DNA from: Chrysomallon squamiferum
Taxonomy: Eukaryota; Animalia; Mollusca
Length of the DNA stretch: 64,000 nt
Direction of reading: 5' to 3'
Assembly (NCBI GenBank): GCA_012295275.1
Contig: CM022669.1
Location: 17,112,001-17,176,000, forward strand
In this document: piece after piece, positions 1 to 13,036 of the stretch
How positions within the stretch are numbered: position 1 is the stretch's first letter
Layout of the letters: the number at the start of each line of letters is the position of its first letter
Made by a program: the position numbers and the translations under genes
The notes under the pieces: model-generated
The model's database searches: none
What the model was told of the DNA's origin: nothing
Seen by the model: only the letters and a program-made list of their open reading frames with translations

Positions 1-620
1 GAACTCGTAACGGTAACGTTACAACTCCACGTGATAATATTGTTTCACGGCTCCAACTCGAGAATAAATATAATCCGAAGTTAACCGAAGTAGCAAGCTC
101 CATCTCCCGTGTTACAACATTTTTCTCGTAGCAGACGAACTCGCGGTGAAAAATAAAAATAAAAAAATAATTTTTAAAAATCACTCTGCGGTGTTATTTC
201 TCCCTCTTATTGGGCAACAGCTGAAAACAAAAACTCCAACAGAACAGGAGCACCGACCGCATCGTGTCATTTCACCGAATCGGTGCCGATAACAAACTTC
301 TGGCAATGTGCCACCCATCTGCATTGGCCAGCAGTCCAAAACTTGATTGGATAACATTTCTGGAGATGGCCAATGAGTAATTGAGCTCGTGATGCTCTTG
401 GAATCTTACGCTGAATGAAATAAATCGGTTTTAAGTGTGAGAGCGTAGTATATATATATATATACACATATATATATATACCTGCACAGCGTTTGACTGC
501 GCTTGAGAGAGTGACCAGATGTCGATGCATAAGAGGGGCACTTTATATAATCGTAAAAAAAAACGCGTTTCGCAAATTTAAGTCAAGCAGCCGTTGGCAC
601 GATATGGCGATGTTATTACT
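1..620. promoter_or_regulatory. CpG-rich promoter-like region, probably for a gene leaving the window to the left
   Basis: Local CpG enrichment, several CCAAT/ATTGG boxes (about 209, 323, 346, 370) and a CACGTG E-box at 28-33; no convincing ORF. Confidence 0.4.
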
Positions 621-779
621 AGTTTTTAATTATTATTATTATTATTATAGAATAATCATAAATTAAAGAATATATTTTGTAATAAATAATGTTATATATA
701 TATTTTTTTTAGCGTTGTTTAATATTATGATTATTATTGTTGTTTACTTACGTTTTTACTAAGTTACGCTGCCGTTTTC

Positions 780-819
<40 letters not shown>

Positions 820-962
820 TAATAATAATAATAATAATAAATATAATAAATATAATGGTGCATAATAATTTTGTTTGTGTCATCTAATAAAATTGGGGAC
901 AGTGGTAATCTCTTCCCCCCCTCCAAAAAAACATTGGTCAAATCATTATGACGATGATGATG

Positions 963-1015
<53 letters not shown>

Positions 1016-1965
1016 CAGTGATTTATCAAAGGCAGTGGTATGTGTGTTCTAGACTTGGAATGTATGAAGTATTTCTCTCCTCTCAGATAATCTGTAAAGT
1101 CTTTAATGTATGATACCACATTAAAATTGGTTGATACATAAAACTTGTCTTCCCTTCTTCTTTAACATGTTCTTCCCTGGAACATGAAGATGAGTCACTG
1201 GTATTACTGTTGCCCCTCCCACCTTCAAACAGAAAGCTGAACTCAAGTGCTGTGTTGGAATGGAAAACCAAACAAATAGTTGCAGGAGAAAGGATTTTTG
1301 AAACCTGACAGTTTCAGCTGAATCATTCATCATAACAGTAAACTGATACAGTAGACCATTTGACCTTTGAGCTGCCAAACAGAGTGAAATACATAAAGGT
1401 CTGTCTGTCTGTTTGTCTGATAAAGGTCTTGAAAATCAGTTGATCACATATTCAGGTGGATATTATTATTACTGTTTATTTAGTGCATAAAGGAAAAAAG
1501 ATATTAATAATTTTTGACATCCTTTATATATTACATACATCCGTACCAACTTAAATACATGTGTGTATAAACATACATACAATAGCACATCTGTGCATTG
1601 TTATTATGCATATCTATTGATACATTCATTCCTTTTTGTTTATTTAAAGATAAAAACTAATTTAACCAACTAGAGTTGAAAATTTAAACTTTATATGTTT
1701 TTTCTGTTATATTAAGGGACTGGTTTGCAGTAGTGGACTTGCTGCATATTTTAATGACGTCTAAAAGGCTTTGTAAAACTGTGTTCTAGCGAAAGCTGGA
1801 CAGTGTAGTTCAGTGTATGTGTGTTGGTATCCAAGTGCATTTAATGCACAAACCACATACAACTTGAAATCAGTTTGATAAATGTTTTTAAAAACCAAAG
1901 AAACCCCTGAAGTTTGCATAATGCAGGTCAAAGTATCTGGATTTGTCTCCGTGTAGCTTCTATAC

Positions 1966-2169
1966 TAGTGAAAGGTTAATAGGTTTTTGTTTAACTCCTT
2001 CAAAAATATATTTTTATTCTTTAATAAAAACACAAATTAAAATATATTATTTAATATCCTTTTATTTCAGTAAGTTATCTTAAAGCCACTTAAATTTTGT
2101 TTTAAAAAATCGAATTTATAAAAAAATAATTTAAACAAATTAAAAGAAAAACCTATTAATCTTTCACTA
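1966..2169. repeat. 23-bp inverted repeat pair enclosing about 160 bp of AT-rich DNA (MITE-like)
   Basis: 1966-1988 TAGTGAAAGGTTAATAGGTTTTT versus 2147-2169 AAAAACCTATTAATCTTTCACTA, 22/23 complementary. Confidence 0.75.
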
Positions 2170-2240
2170 AAATTGAAAAAGGAAGAGAAACTGATACACA
2201 AGAAAATACTGCTGCAAAGACATTACAGGCAGATGACAAG

Positions 2241-2286
<46 letters not shown>

Positions 2287-2487
2287 AAGCACTGTATTTG
2301 TTGAAAAGTTTGCAGATAATATATTCAAAATAAGTATTGTAAATGTGGCATATATTTGAGATAGTCTGGTAGAACTATATGACTCATGCTTTCAGTGTAA
2401 TTACCAGAAAATAAATTTTTCATCATTGTTAAGCACTTTAAATATTAGTATAGGAAATAAAAAATAAAAAAATAAAAAAATATTAAC

Positions 2488-2542
<55 letters not shown>

Positions 2543-3089
2543 ATAAAAAATAAAAAAAAAAAAATAAATAAAAACAAAAGAAGAAAAAATTGTATACAGG
2601 ATTTTGTCAGTAGTTGAAAGATGTGACAAATGAAGTTCAGAGTCTGGAGTAAAACATGAAAGTTTCATTAACAGATTAAGTTATCATCAAATCTGCTAGA
2701 TATGAGATACAAACAGCATACATCTTTAATACTCCAACAGCTATTTTTAATTCTGCCTGTTTATTTTTAGAACCAGTATCAATATTACTGATAGAATAAA
2801 TCAATACAAATTATATCTTTAAATTAGTTTTATTACCAAATCTTATACAACTGATAATCAAATAATTTTTATAGCATCTACAACTGTCAGTTGATATCAT
2901 GTGAATATGAAATTATTGTTTATATAATTTTAATTTTGGTTCAGTAATATCGAAAGTGCCACCAAAACAAAAATACAAAAAAATTGAATAATAATAATAA
3001 TAATAATATTTATAAATAATAATAATAATATTTATAAATAATAATAATAATATTTATAAAAATATCCATGAACAAAGGAAAAGCAACCA

Positions 3090-3363
3090 GAAATATTTAG
3101 TTTCTATTCTTTATTCACATATACCAAAATGGTTTTGCACCAGAAAATAATTTACATTGCACATAACCATAATCCACTACGTAGCATGATAAATGTATCG
3201 TCACCAAAAGGCAGTCATCACCAGATAATAAACATGTCCTTCTCACCAGCCTCTCCTCATATCCATTTAATACATATTTCATTCCTGAAACTTTTTGAAG
3301 TGGTGCCAAGAGAATTTGAAAAAAGAAATATTGGTCCATAATGTTGGAAATAATTATGTTTTT
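3090..3363 (-). other. Probable non-coding terminal (3'UTR) exon of COPE
   Basis: GTAAGT donor at 3682-3677, 16 nt after the stop; acceptor TTTGTTTTTACTTACAG ending at 3364; AATAAA at 3115-3110. Confidence 0.6.
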
Positions 3364-3698
3364 CTGTAAGTAAAAACAAATAAAAAAATAATAATAAAAA
3401 AAATTAAACGAATAAAAAATTAGAAAATTAAAAAATAAAATAACCCAATTATAAATTCTGTTGACAGATATATCAATATTTTTCTACCATCCATATGAAA
3501 CTACTGTCTTTACGAAGTAGAGAAAACCTTTTTAAATCCTAAATATTATTTTCATTGATAGCTTCTTCACCAGTCAAAAAGAAATATTAATTTTAGAATT
3601 ACCATTAAATTATATGGGAGAATAGTAACTGGAAGCACATTAAAACACATTTAATGAAAAATCATGCACCAAAGATACTTACTGATCTAAAAGAGTTA

Positions 3699-3752
3699 TT
3701 AAGCCATAACAGAGGCAGCATAATTTCTGGATATTCTATCAAATTCACTTTC
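3699..3752 (-). CDS. COPE: COPE last coding exon (10)
   Basis: [17 protein letters not shown] then TAA at 3701-3699. Confidence 0.92.
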   Translation of the reverse strand, partial: ESEFDRISRNYAASVMA

Positions 3753-3789
3753 CTGTTTTAAAAAAACAAATTTATTTATTATTTTTTAT

Positions 3790-3829
<40 letters not shown>

Positions 3830-6800
3830 ATTGATCCATATAACTAAAGAATCTTAGTGAAGTTAAAAAAACAAAAAGTCATTAAAGTCTAAGTGAATAT
3901 ATACTGAAACCAGTTTCATGTGCTTGTTTTTCATCCTTCCATGTAAACCACATAAAAATTCATTTACTAATAGAATGAAAACAGCTTTAACAGATCACAA
4001 AGCAGTGCATGCAAATGCACTACAAACATAGCTGACTACATTCCACTTCATCATGAATTTATCCCTCTACGTATACATTATAAAAACATTATTAAATAAA
4101 CAAATTTTACCTTCAGTAGATAATCTTTGACAAATGGATGACTCCTGTGAGAATCCTTTAACTGTGAGATATATCTGTTACTAACCTGTAAGAAAAGATT
4201 ACAGCAATTATTACACTAATTATATATCTACAGAATATCACTTTTAAATAATTCCAAATTTTCATTTCTGCTATTAAACAGCAATCAATACTTTCTTTTT
4301 CAAAAGAGTAAGAATATTTCTAAAACTGTTAACAAACTAACATTAATAAAACATTACAAAACACTACCAATAATTTTTATTCTATTTTAAAACATTAGCT
4401 ATTAATAGCCTTACTAGAGCTAAACATTTACAATAAACTTATATAAGAAAACGATATTAGAGAGGCTTTAAAACTTATTATGTCTTTTCACATCTACTGC
4501 ATTCTTAATGAATTCAGAAATCTGAAGAGCCAGTGGGTGGGTAGTTAAACAGAAAGTAAATGAATAAATGAATGTTACTTACCTCGGGAGCTTTGTTTAA
4601 ATGTTGTGTCAGAACAATCATGTTGACAAGTGTCTCAGGATTGTTACTGTCCTGTTTGAAAAGATAAAACAAATACCTTTAACTGTAAAGAAATATCTTA
4701 CAAACATTATTATCAGGCGATGCAGTAAATATGGTAATTAATGAGGACTCAGTCTTGTGCAACTTTGGTATAAAAAGATAGAACACATTTTCAGCTGCTT
4801 CATTTTAGTAAAACAATAACAATAACAATAACAATAATAATAAAGCAATAGGTGGACATAAAATTGAGGTAACTGACATTGTTTATAATATTCCTCTATT
4901 GGCACATATTATATAAAAGCCTCATGAATGTTAAAAAATGCAAAATTATTACATTTAACTTTTAATAATTAGGTGAAAATAAAAAGTAATAAAAGACGAA
5001 AGTGAGCAATTTAATAAAAAATTAACAATAAAGGAAAATTTAAGAATTCTAATAATAATCATTTTGCATTCAATAGTTTCACACAAAATAAATAAATACT
5101 AACAACAATTTCACACTAAATAAATTTTAACAATAACAATTTTTCACAGAATAAATAAAAACCGTTCACTAAAAGAAAATTAACAATTTTAATTAATAAT
5201 AATTTTGTACCATATAAATAAAGATTAACATATTATTAAAGACATTTAAAAAAAATAATTTTAACAATATCTTTAATATATTCATTCTCACTTTGTCAAT
5301 AGCTTCCTGAAGAACAGATTCTGCATCGTCAAATTTGTCTTGAGCCATGAAGCATGCTGCCTGACCATTTAGTAGCAGTGAAGTTGTAGCATGTTTGTCA
5401 CTCAGTTCCTGGAAGATATAGAAGGCATCCTGAAGCTTATCACCTCCCTGAAATAAAGTTAAAAAAAAAAAAAAAAATTAAAAAATTAAAATAGAATTAA
5501 ATTAAAAAGACACACACAATAGAAGAGACTATATTAGTATTAAAGACAACAAATAAATATGTATGTAGTTGATGCAACATTTTTAGAAGTTATTTTAAAA
5601 AGGTGTGAATAATTGTAATACCAGCTGTACACAAAGTAGTCACACTTTGTTATAAGTCTCAGTGGTAACCTTAACCTTTGTAATCAATCAGTCCACAATG
5701 AGTCAGTACTTATCAAGTAAATTCTGTAAAATTTGTATCGCTTCTGTTCAAACAACACTTTTATCAGTAATACATGCTGTTTTAGAGAAATTTATTTTTC
5801 AATGACATCTGAATTCCAAAATGCCAAAAAAATATATGATACGTTCATCTAATAATTTCAGATTTTTCTGTCTTTTATCAGTATACCAAATATAAAATAT
5901 ACATAATTTTGTTTTTATTATACTGACCACAGAGATGTTAAACCAAGCCTGAGCCATTTGTGTCAGAATGCTGTCTTCGTCAAGTTCCTGCATTCTCTTC
6001 AGTTCTTTTCTGCCATCAGAAAACAAAATTCATTAAAGACTGAGTGAAATTGTTTATTTGTATACTAGAGTACTTGTTTACTGTGTTTTTTCGAAATATA
6101 TTTAAGAAATATATTTAAGTACATGAACATTAGCTATAAAAATAAAAACAATTAAAAAAACATGGATCAAAAAGTAGTTCATTCATTTCACATCCCTTGT
6201 TTAATTGTCAATTACAGTTTACATTTTTTTTTAAATAATAAAACAATTTTCATGATACCCTAACATAAGTATTACAAATATCAAGATCAAAAAATATATT
6301 ACAAACATTTTAAACTATTAAAACTGTTTTTAGCATTTTTTAGAATGTTTTGTTCATCACTTCACATATTGAATTTTCTCACAGTGTTAGGTTCTTTAAA
6401 GTAGATTTGCTTAATGTAAACAATCATATCACTGTTTTGCATAAAATGACTGGGTTTTAATTAATAATATATCAACTGGGACATGTGATGAGACCAAAAG
6501 ATTTGAAATTATATATATTTTTTGATGTAATAATATAATACCTATCAGAATAAATAATAATTAATACATCACTCCTACAGTTTATTCATAATTTATTCAT
6601 ATAGGTTTAAACCAAACTGCCCAAACTACTGAATACTTTGTCACTTTGATTCTATCTTTACTTTCATTCAGCAATGTTTGATTAAATATTTCTGTTACAA
6701 CTGTGTCAACAATATGAATATTTTTATGCTTTAAAAAAACTCAAAAAACACCTACTTAGCAAGATCTATTCTATCCAGTTTCAGCAATATTTGTACCATC

Positions 6801-8657
6801 AGAGCCATGCTAAAATATAAAAAAAATTTAAATTTTTTTTTAAACTTTACTGTAAAATAAATAGTGGTATCAAAATAACGATTTGCAGTATTACAAACAA
6901 CATTTGTAGAATGCAGTATTTCAAATGTAACTCTTTTCTTATTATTATACAAGATGTGGTGAATTATATTCACTGAAAGCTAATTTTCATACAGTGTAAA
7001 TACATACATAAATTCTTGGGTAATAATCAGATATTTAATTAAAAAATTACATGATACCTCAGGAATTGTAATAAAAAATATATTTTTTAAAATGACAAAA
7101 TGTTTATGTAATATAAATTGTAATATAAATTGAATTGAATGCTGTGAGTATTTCTGTTTCAGATTCATTTTCTAAACTGCTATTAAATTTAGATTTTTAG
7201 GATATATTCAAGGCAGTACATACCATTCAATGTCATCTGACTGGTGCAGTGTTCTGAGTGCTGCATCATAATTCTGAAATTAACAATATCAGCATTATTA
7301 GATACTAATAAAATCATAACACTAGAAAAATGTAGACTGAGAAAAAAAGAAAAAGAAAAAAAAAGAAGATTTTTAAGAAACTTTAATTACCTACTATCTA
7401 ATAATACGATGGTTTACAAAAGATGTCATTTAAACAACAAACCTGTTCATGGAAATATATAGAAGCTGCCATCAGTAGAAAAGTACTGTTAGTCAGATCA
7501 ACACTTGCACTGATTTTGCTGTCCAAATCTTTCACCACGGCATCTCTGAAAGGACAGAAAAAAGTAAGAAAATAAAAATGCTGACAAATCAATGGTGAAA
7601 AATTTTAATACTGAATATTCTTCAAAGAATGATCTCTATGGTTTGTATTTAAATTAATATCTGAAGATTATACACTTACAGAAATAAAAGATTTACCTGA
7701 AAATTAAATTACTAGTTTTAGCTTACATGAACAACTCATCCTTGAAAAAAAAAAAACAGTTTTTATTTATCTGTGATTTCATTGTAAAATCACAATACCA
7801 CATTGCAGATTTTCAAGACATTTTAGAAATGTTTTGCCTATATAATATCATAAATATGATGTATATAATTATAAATTTTGCTATGTCTTTTGCTAATTTT
7901 AAATTAATCATTTATAAATTCTGTTAAAATTGGTATTTTCAAATTACCTTCTACTTTCACTGGACATGTAATCAGCAAACATTCGAACTGCCTGGAGATC
8001 TGCTGTATGTGAGGACTTGATTTCATCCAAAACAACTCCATATTTTCTCTGTGCTATATATGCTCTGTACAGAATTACATCCCTCTGGTTTTTCAAGTCT
8101 GGGTTTGTTGTCTGAAATCATGGAATGTTTTAAAAACTGATTATTAATATTATACAGTTCCTAACAACTGTTTTAGGTAAAATATTTAACTGAAATTGTG
8201 AACATGTACGCTCTGCTGTATGTTACATAGAGCTGTATCGCATAATATTAAAATATTCACTTTTGACAAGTTTTGTTTTAAATGATTAATTTGTAGCGAC
8301 CTGAAATTAAATAATCAGCATGATATTCGTGACTGCATTAAATACTTTTGTGAAAAAAAAATAATGTTACGTACGTTTAATGTAATGCGTATAACATCAT
8401 AAATATATGTTTTAATTTGAGTAAACCTTAAGGCATAGTAAAAAAAGTTTCAGTTTGTTTAGTATAATTTTGACAAATCAATCGATCATTCCATTTACAA
8501 CTATAAGGATACCTTTATCAGATAAAGTATTAAGGATATTGAAATTAGATTTATATACCTTAAGCTTTTGTGCTTCATTTATACAGTGTTGATAATTTCC
8601 GATGTATAAAGCTGTTCTAATATCAAAAAGTTCATCTGTATCACCTTGTCCAGCCAT
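3699..8657 (-). CDS. COPE: Coatomer subunit epsilon (epsilon-COP), 10 coding exons, 301 aa
   Basis: Hand-spliced exons 8657-8559, 8111-7948, 7545-7443, 7273-7224, 6809-6756, 6009-5928, 5447-5292, 4651-4583, 4185-4111, 3752-3699. All introns are GT-AG with consistent phases, total 906 nt. Translation [30 protein letters not shown]...[17 protein letters not shown]...[15 protein letters not shown]...LLNGQAAC...HPFVKDY...EFDR matches epsilon-COP signature motifs. Confidence 0.97.
4111..4185 (-). CDS. COPE: COPE coding exon 9
   Basis: [25 protein letters not shown]. Confidence 0.94.
4583..4651 (-). CDS. COPE: COPE coding exon 8
   Basis: [23 protein letters not shown]; donor GTAAGT. Confidence 0.94.
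5292..5447 (-). CDS. COPE: COPE coding exon 7
   Basis: [52 protein letters not shown]. Confidence 0.95.
5928..6009 (-). CDS. COPE: COPE coding exon 6
   Basis: [27 protein letters not shown]. Confidence 0.94.
6756..6809 (-). CDS. COPE: COPE coding exon 5
   Basis: [17 protein letters not shown](K); 54 nt. Confidence 0.93.
6848..7076 (+). repeat. About 230-bp dispersed repeat, copy 1 (COPE intron 4)
   Basis: Highly similar direct copy at 11087-11332 (TACTGTAAAATAAATAGTGGTATCAAAATAAC...GGAATTGTAATAAAA). Confidence 0.9.
7224..7273 (-). CDS. COPE: COPE coding exon 4
   Basis: [16 protein letters not shown](C); 50 nt. Confidence 0.92.
7443..7545 (-). CDS. COPE: COPE coding exon 3
   Basis: [34 protein letters not shown]. 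Confidence 0.93.
7948..8111 (-). CDS. COPE: COPE coding exon 2
   Basis: [54 protein letters not shown]; CAG acceptor, GT donor. Confidence 0.95.
8559..8657 (-). CDS. COPE: COPE coding exon 1
   Basis: ATG at 8657; [33 protein letters not shown]; donor GTATAT. Confidence 0.95.
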
Positions 8658-8659
8658 TT

Positions 8660-9433
8660 TTGTTGATAAACTTGACACGCATGCGTCGCCAACGTGGAGC
8701 AACTCTAAGGGATGGGAGATAATCCAAACGACAGTTACCTACCATTAACATATAACGTACATAATTTTGACTTTTGTTTATTAACAGTGTAAAAACAGAT
8801 TTAAAAATAATTAATTTAGTGACGTCGTAATAAATTTTAAGTTTTATTTTTATCTTTATGTGATCTTGTCTAATAATAATATTACTGAAACAACATAAAA
8901 TAATAGTATTAATAGTTTTCATTATATAACATTATTACTTCTGCGACGGATATTTATATTATGTACAGCGCCTTATGGAGGATGTAAGAATCGAAAAACC
9001 AATAACAAAAAATAAGGAATATGAAAATATCATTTATTTGATTATTTTTTAAAATATATGCTGTTTCTTTTATATATATATTTGCAACGATTGTCAGACC
9101 GTTCCTTGGAGAAGACCTTTTCAATCGACTAAACTTTTAAAATACAAAATATATATATATTATTAACAAGATGTAATGTTATATTTCTATGAAGAAACAC
9201 ATTGTTGATCAGCACATCATTATATTATAGACAACATATATTAATACATTTTTTCCCCCTTCTATATTATTTTTGATACAGATTGGGGGAATGACAGTTT
9301 CTTTTGACAGGAAACTGTTCAGAACGTAAATCTTTAAATCTACTGGAGGAATTTAGGAAGTAAGAATAATTTCCGGTTTGAATTCTGTAACAGTTGAATA
9401 ATAAAGTTTCTTTAATTTAAATGAGCCACGTAG
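8660..9433. promoter_or_regulatory. Bidirectional promoter between COPE (-) and the GT32 gene (+), including a probable first non-coding GT32 exon
   Basis: CpG-rich relative to the flanking introns; TGACGTC at about 8820; TTCCGG (ETS-like) at 9371; GCCACGT at 9425; plus-strand donor AG|GTAAGT at 9434. Confidence 0.6.
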
Positions 9434-11023
9434 GTAAGTAATGTATAATTATGGTTGTACCTTTTTGCACGGTACAATGTTAAATGACTAAATCATCAGT
9501 AAATATATATTTTATATTTAAACGTTATTAAATTATTTTCAGATAAGTCTAAACTAAGGATATCATCGTGTTCGTAAGTCCGGAACTATGTCAGTGTCAC
9601 AAAAATAAACAATCACAATGTCAGTAGATGCTAGATTATCGATAGATAGTACGACAGTAGGCACTTTCATAAAATTAAATTGAAGATACGTGACAAAGTT
9701 GTGCTTTTCGCCATATATGAGTTCACAGTATCCTACTAGCGTTTTTATCCAACTAACATGCATCGTCACCAGAACTAGTGTTGACGTTGTGGTTCATCCT
9801 TTTAAAACATTTTACGGAATAATAATCTTTTTTACAATTTCTCAATAATTTCGGTTTTGAATATCTTCTTTTGCTATTCTAGAAGTATAATACCTTCACC
9901 AAATCATCCAGACACATAAATAAATATTTAAATAAATAAATAAATAAATAAAGATAATTAGATATGAGCACTCTTTTCACTTCTAAAATTAGTTTTTCAT
10001 GTAGATCAGATTTTAATTTCTTCCAATGAACATAATATCATGAAAATTTGATTAGAGATATTTCACTTTCTAAACAAAGTATGAGAATGTAATGATTTCA
10101 GTAACAGTATGAGTATTAGTCTAAATAAAGCTTGAAACAACAGACCAAAATTGCTGAAATTTTCAAAACATAAAATTGCTTTTAAATTTAAGGCATTATT
10201 GTCCATGTTATTCACTTATTATCGTAAATTTGGTATATTATTATTATCATTATTTATTTATTTTTTATTTTATTTATTTTTTATTTTTTACATGCTGATT
10301 CAGAAATAATTTTAATTTGGGGATGTTTATTTATTTTATTTATGTTAATATTGTTATTATTTATTATTATTATTATTTATTCATATGGAAATAGCATAGT
10401 TTGTACAATCACATAAAACTGAAATTATGATTATAGATACCTGTTAGAAACAGTATACACATTTTAAGTGAGCCATATATATGTTTCCAAAAATAGATCA
10501 TTGCCTTAGACTTGATAGTCTTGTTTTGGTTAAAAAGATTTTTAGAAAATCTTCACCTTTGACATCAACTATTGTGATAGCATGTTTGTGTCATCATTAA
10601 GAAATGGTTTGATTTGAAAAAAGATTTAAAAGCTGAAGTGGCTTTGAACAGTTTTATATAACCTTTTTATATCTGTTATTCTGTACTAGCAATAAAATAA
10701 AAATGATAAAATATTTAGTAAAACCTGTTAACAAGGAGTAGAGTTAAACTGCAAGATTAACGAGTGTATGGAATAATAATAATAATTAAAAAAGATGTGT
10801 TATTTTCTAGACCATACATTATGACATCAAATTCAATATATATATATATATTAGTCAACTTACTGTTTGATGTTCTAAAAAATGACTTAAGTATTAAGTA
10901 ATCCTGCAGTCAGATCTGTGACTACACAGCAGAACGTTTACTGAATATTTTGCAATATTTATCATTTCCATACTAATTCAATAAATCTACACTAATTCTG
11001 GCTAGTCAAAGAACTAACTCCTA

Positions 11024-11054
<31 letters not shown>

Positions 11055-11086
11055 TCGAGGCAAATAAGACAAAATTCACACAACTG

Positions 11087-11332
11087 TACTGTAAAATAAA
11101 TAGTGGTATCAAAATAACAATTTGCAGTATTTCAAACAATATTTGTAGAATGCAGTATTTTAAATATAACTCTTTTCTTATTATCATACAAAATGTGGTG
11201 AATTATATTCACTGATAAGCTAATTTTCATACAAAGTGTACACACACATAAATACATACATCCATAAATTCTTGAGTAATAATCAGATATTTAATTAAAA
11301 AATGACATGATACCACTGGAATTGTAATAAAA
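11087..11332 (+). repeat. About 245-bp dispersed repeat, copy 2 (GT32 5' intron)
   Basis: Matches 6848-7076, with a small CA/TACA expansion. Confidence 0.9.
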
Positions 11333-11403
11333 TTATTTAATAGTTTAATTGTGTTAATAATATAATAATATTATTATTAATTATATCTTATCTTTTATTA
11401 CAG

Positions 11404-11438
11404 GTTTATTAATGTGGAATACAGAAAAGCAATATAAT
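11404..11438 (+). other. Probable 35-nt upstream exon of the GT32 gene; may carry a start codon (ATG 11412, MWNTEKQYN)
   Basis: Pyrimidine tract plus CAG at 11401-11403; GTAAGT at 11439; ATG to donor is 27 nt (phase 0), in frame with the CAG acceptor at 13580. Confidence 0.55.
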
Positions 11439-12912
11439 GTAAGTTTTCTATTCATAAATGATTTGTTGCATCATTCTGTCAATTCTAGCAACTACATCTT
11501 ACCAAAGATGTCGGAACATTATGTCCTGTCTTTGTAAAATTATTTATATATATAAATTTTGTTACTAACTGGTAAATTCATAGTCTACAAAACCAATATA
11601 GAAATGATCTCAAATTATTTTTTGTATTAAAATATTCATCCATTTATTCTGTAAATGAAAATATTCGAGTAACTAATACTAGTTACATGTTAATCTTTAA
11701 TTTTACTTTCTATTGTTTTGCATGCATCAAGAAATGATGTGATTATTTGGTATTGTTTTCTATTTACTTTGCACATAGGTTATCGTATTGTGATTTCACA
11801 CAGGTGAAGGTTGGAGGCTCAGTTTTCCTAAGAAAATGTATATATACACTTTAAGATCTTTTTTCTCATATTAATTTCTTGCATTTTGTTTCTTTTTTTT
11901 TGTAGTGGTGTGTTGCATGTGTGTGGGCTTTTTATTATTATTTTTTTTTTTTTGCTTTGTGATAAACAAATCTAATTTCTAATTACATATAAAGAATTCG
12001 CTTCAGTTAATTGCTTGTAAATGTTTGTTTAGCTTTTAATGTGTACCTGTGGACAATATGAATAAACAGACTAATAAAATTCTTTATGCTATCAAGATAT
12101 TATTTTAATTATTTTGGGAGGCATACCATCACTTTTAACAAAGTATGTTGACAAAATAATGCTATTAAAAAAACATATGAATCCCACCCTTTTTAAATTT
12201 TTATAGCTGGAATGGTCGTGTCTTTGTTTATATGAAAGAACTGATAACTGAAACTTCAGAGCATATAATCCATTCTGTAACAATGAAATCATAATTACTG
12301 AAAAATGGCAAAGACCTGATGTTTTTACACTGTATTCTTTGTTATTATACTTTCTTATTAATTAAAACTGGACATCAGAAACTAATCAAATATAACTTGA
12401 AACAATGGAGAATAATTTTAGACTACTTCTTTGTTTCTCCCTACATACACTTTAAAAACATGCTGACATTTTATAGCACTGAGACCTTAATTAGATATTA
12501 GTAAGTGCACTTATTTTATTTCTACATTGGCTACTTATTATTACAATAAATGAATCCTAATTATTAACATGATCAGTAGTGACCCTTTTCCTTTATTATT
12601 GCTGATAATAACTATAATAATAATAAAAAAATAAATAATAATAGTATGGGTTAAAGGGTGAAAAACAGGCACCCGTCTGGCACCCAAGATGCAAATAGTT
12701 GACAAAGATTTCTTTTTAATTATTATTTTATTTATTTAATTTTTACTTTTATTATTATTTTATTTTATTTTTTTTGTAAATTGAAACATCTGAGCAAGCA
12801 GCCATCAATTAATGAACATTATTTAATATACAGCCTGTCAGAAATTATGCTGGACGGGTATGTTCATCACTGGTATAGTTACAGAGCTTATTTTACACAT
12901 TGTGGTTAGATA

Positions 12913-12925
12913 TAATAATAATAAT

Positions 12926-12968
<43 letters not shown>

Positions 12969-12969
12969 T

Positions 12970-13036
<67 letters not shown>
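12913..13036. repeat. (TAA)n microsatellite
   Basis: Direct reading; similar tracts near 780, 962, 2488, 35704, 36810, 44858, 49920, 52330 and 60290. Confidence 0.95.

Noticed and set aside
1083-1378. Short ORFs in a more GC-rich patch
   Set aside because: No recognisable protein and no consistent splice partners; it adjoins a SINE-like fragment.
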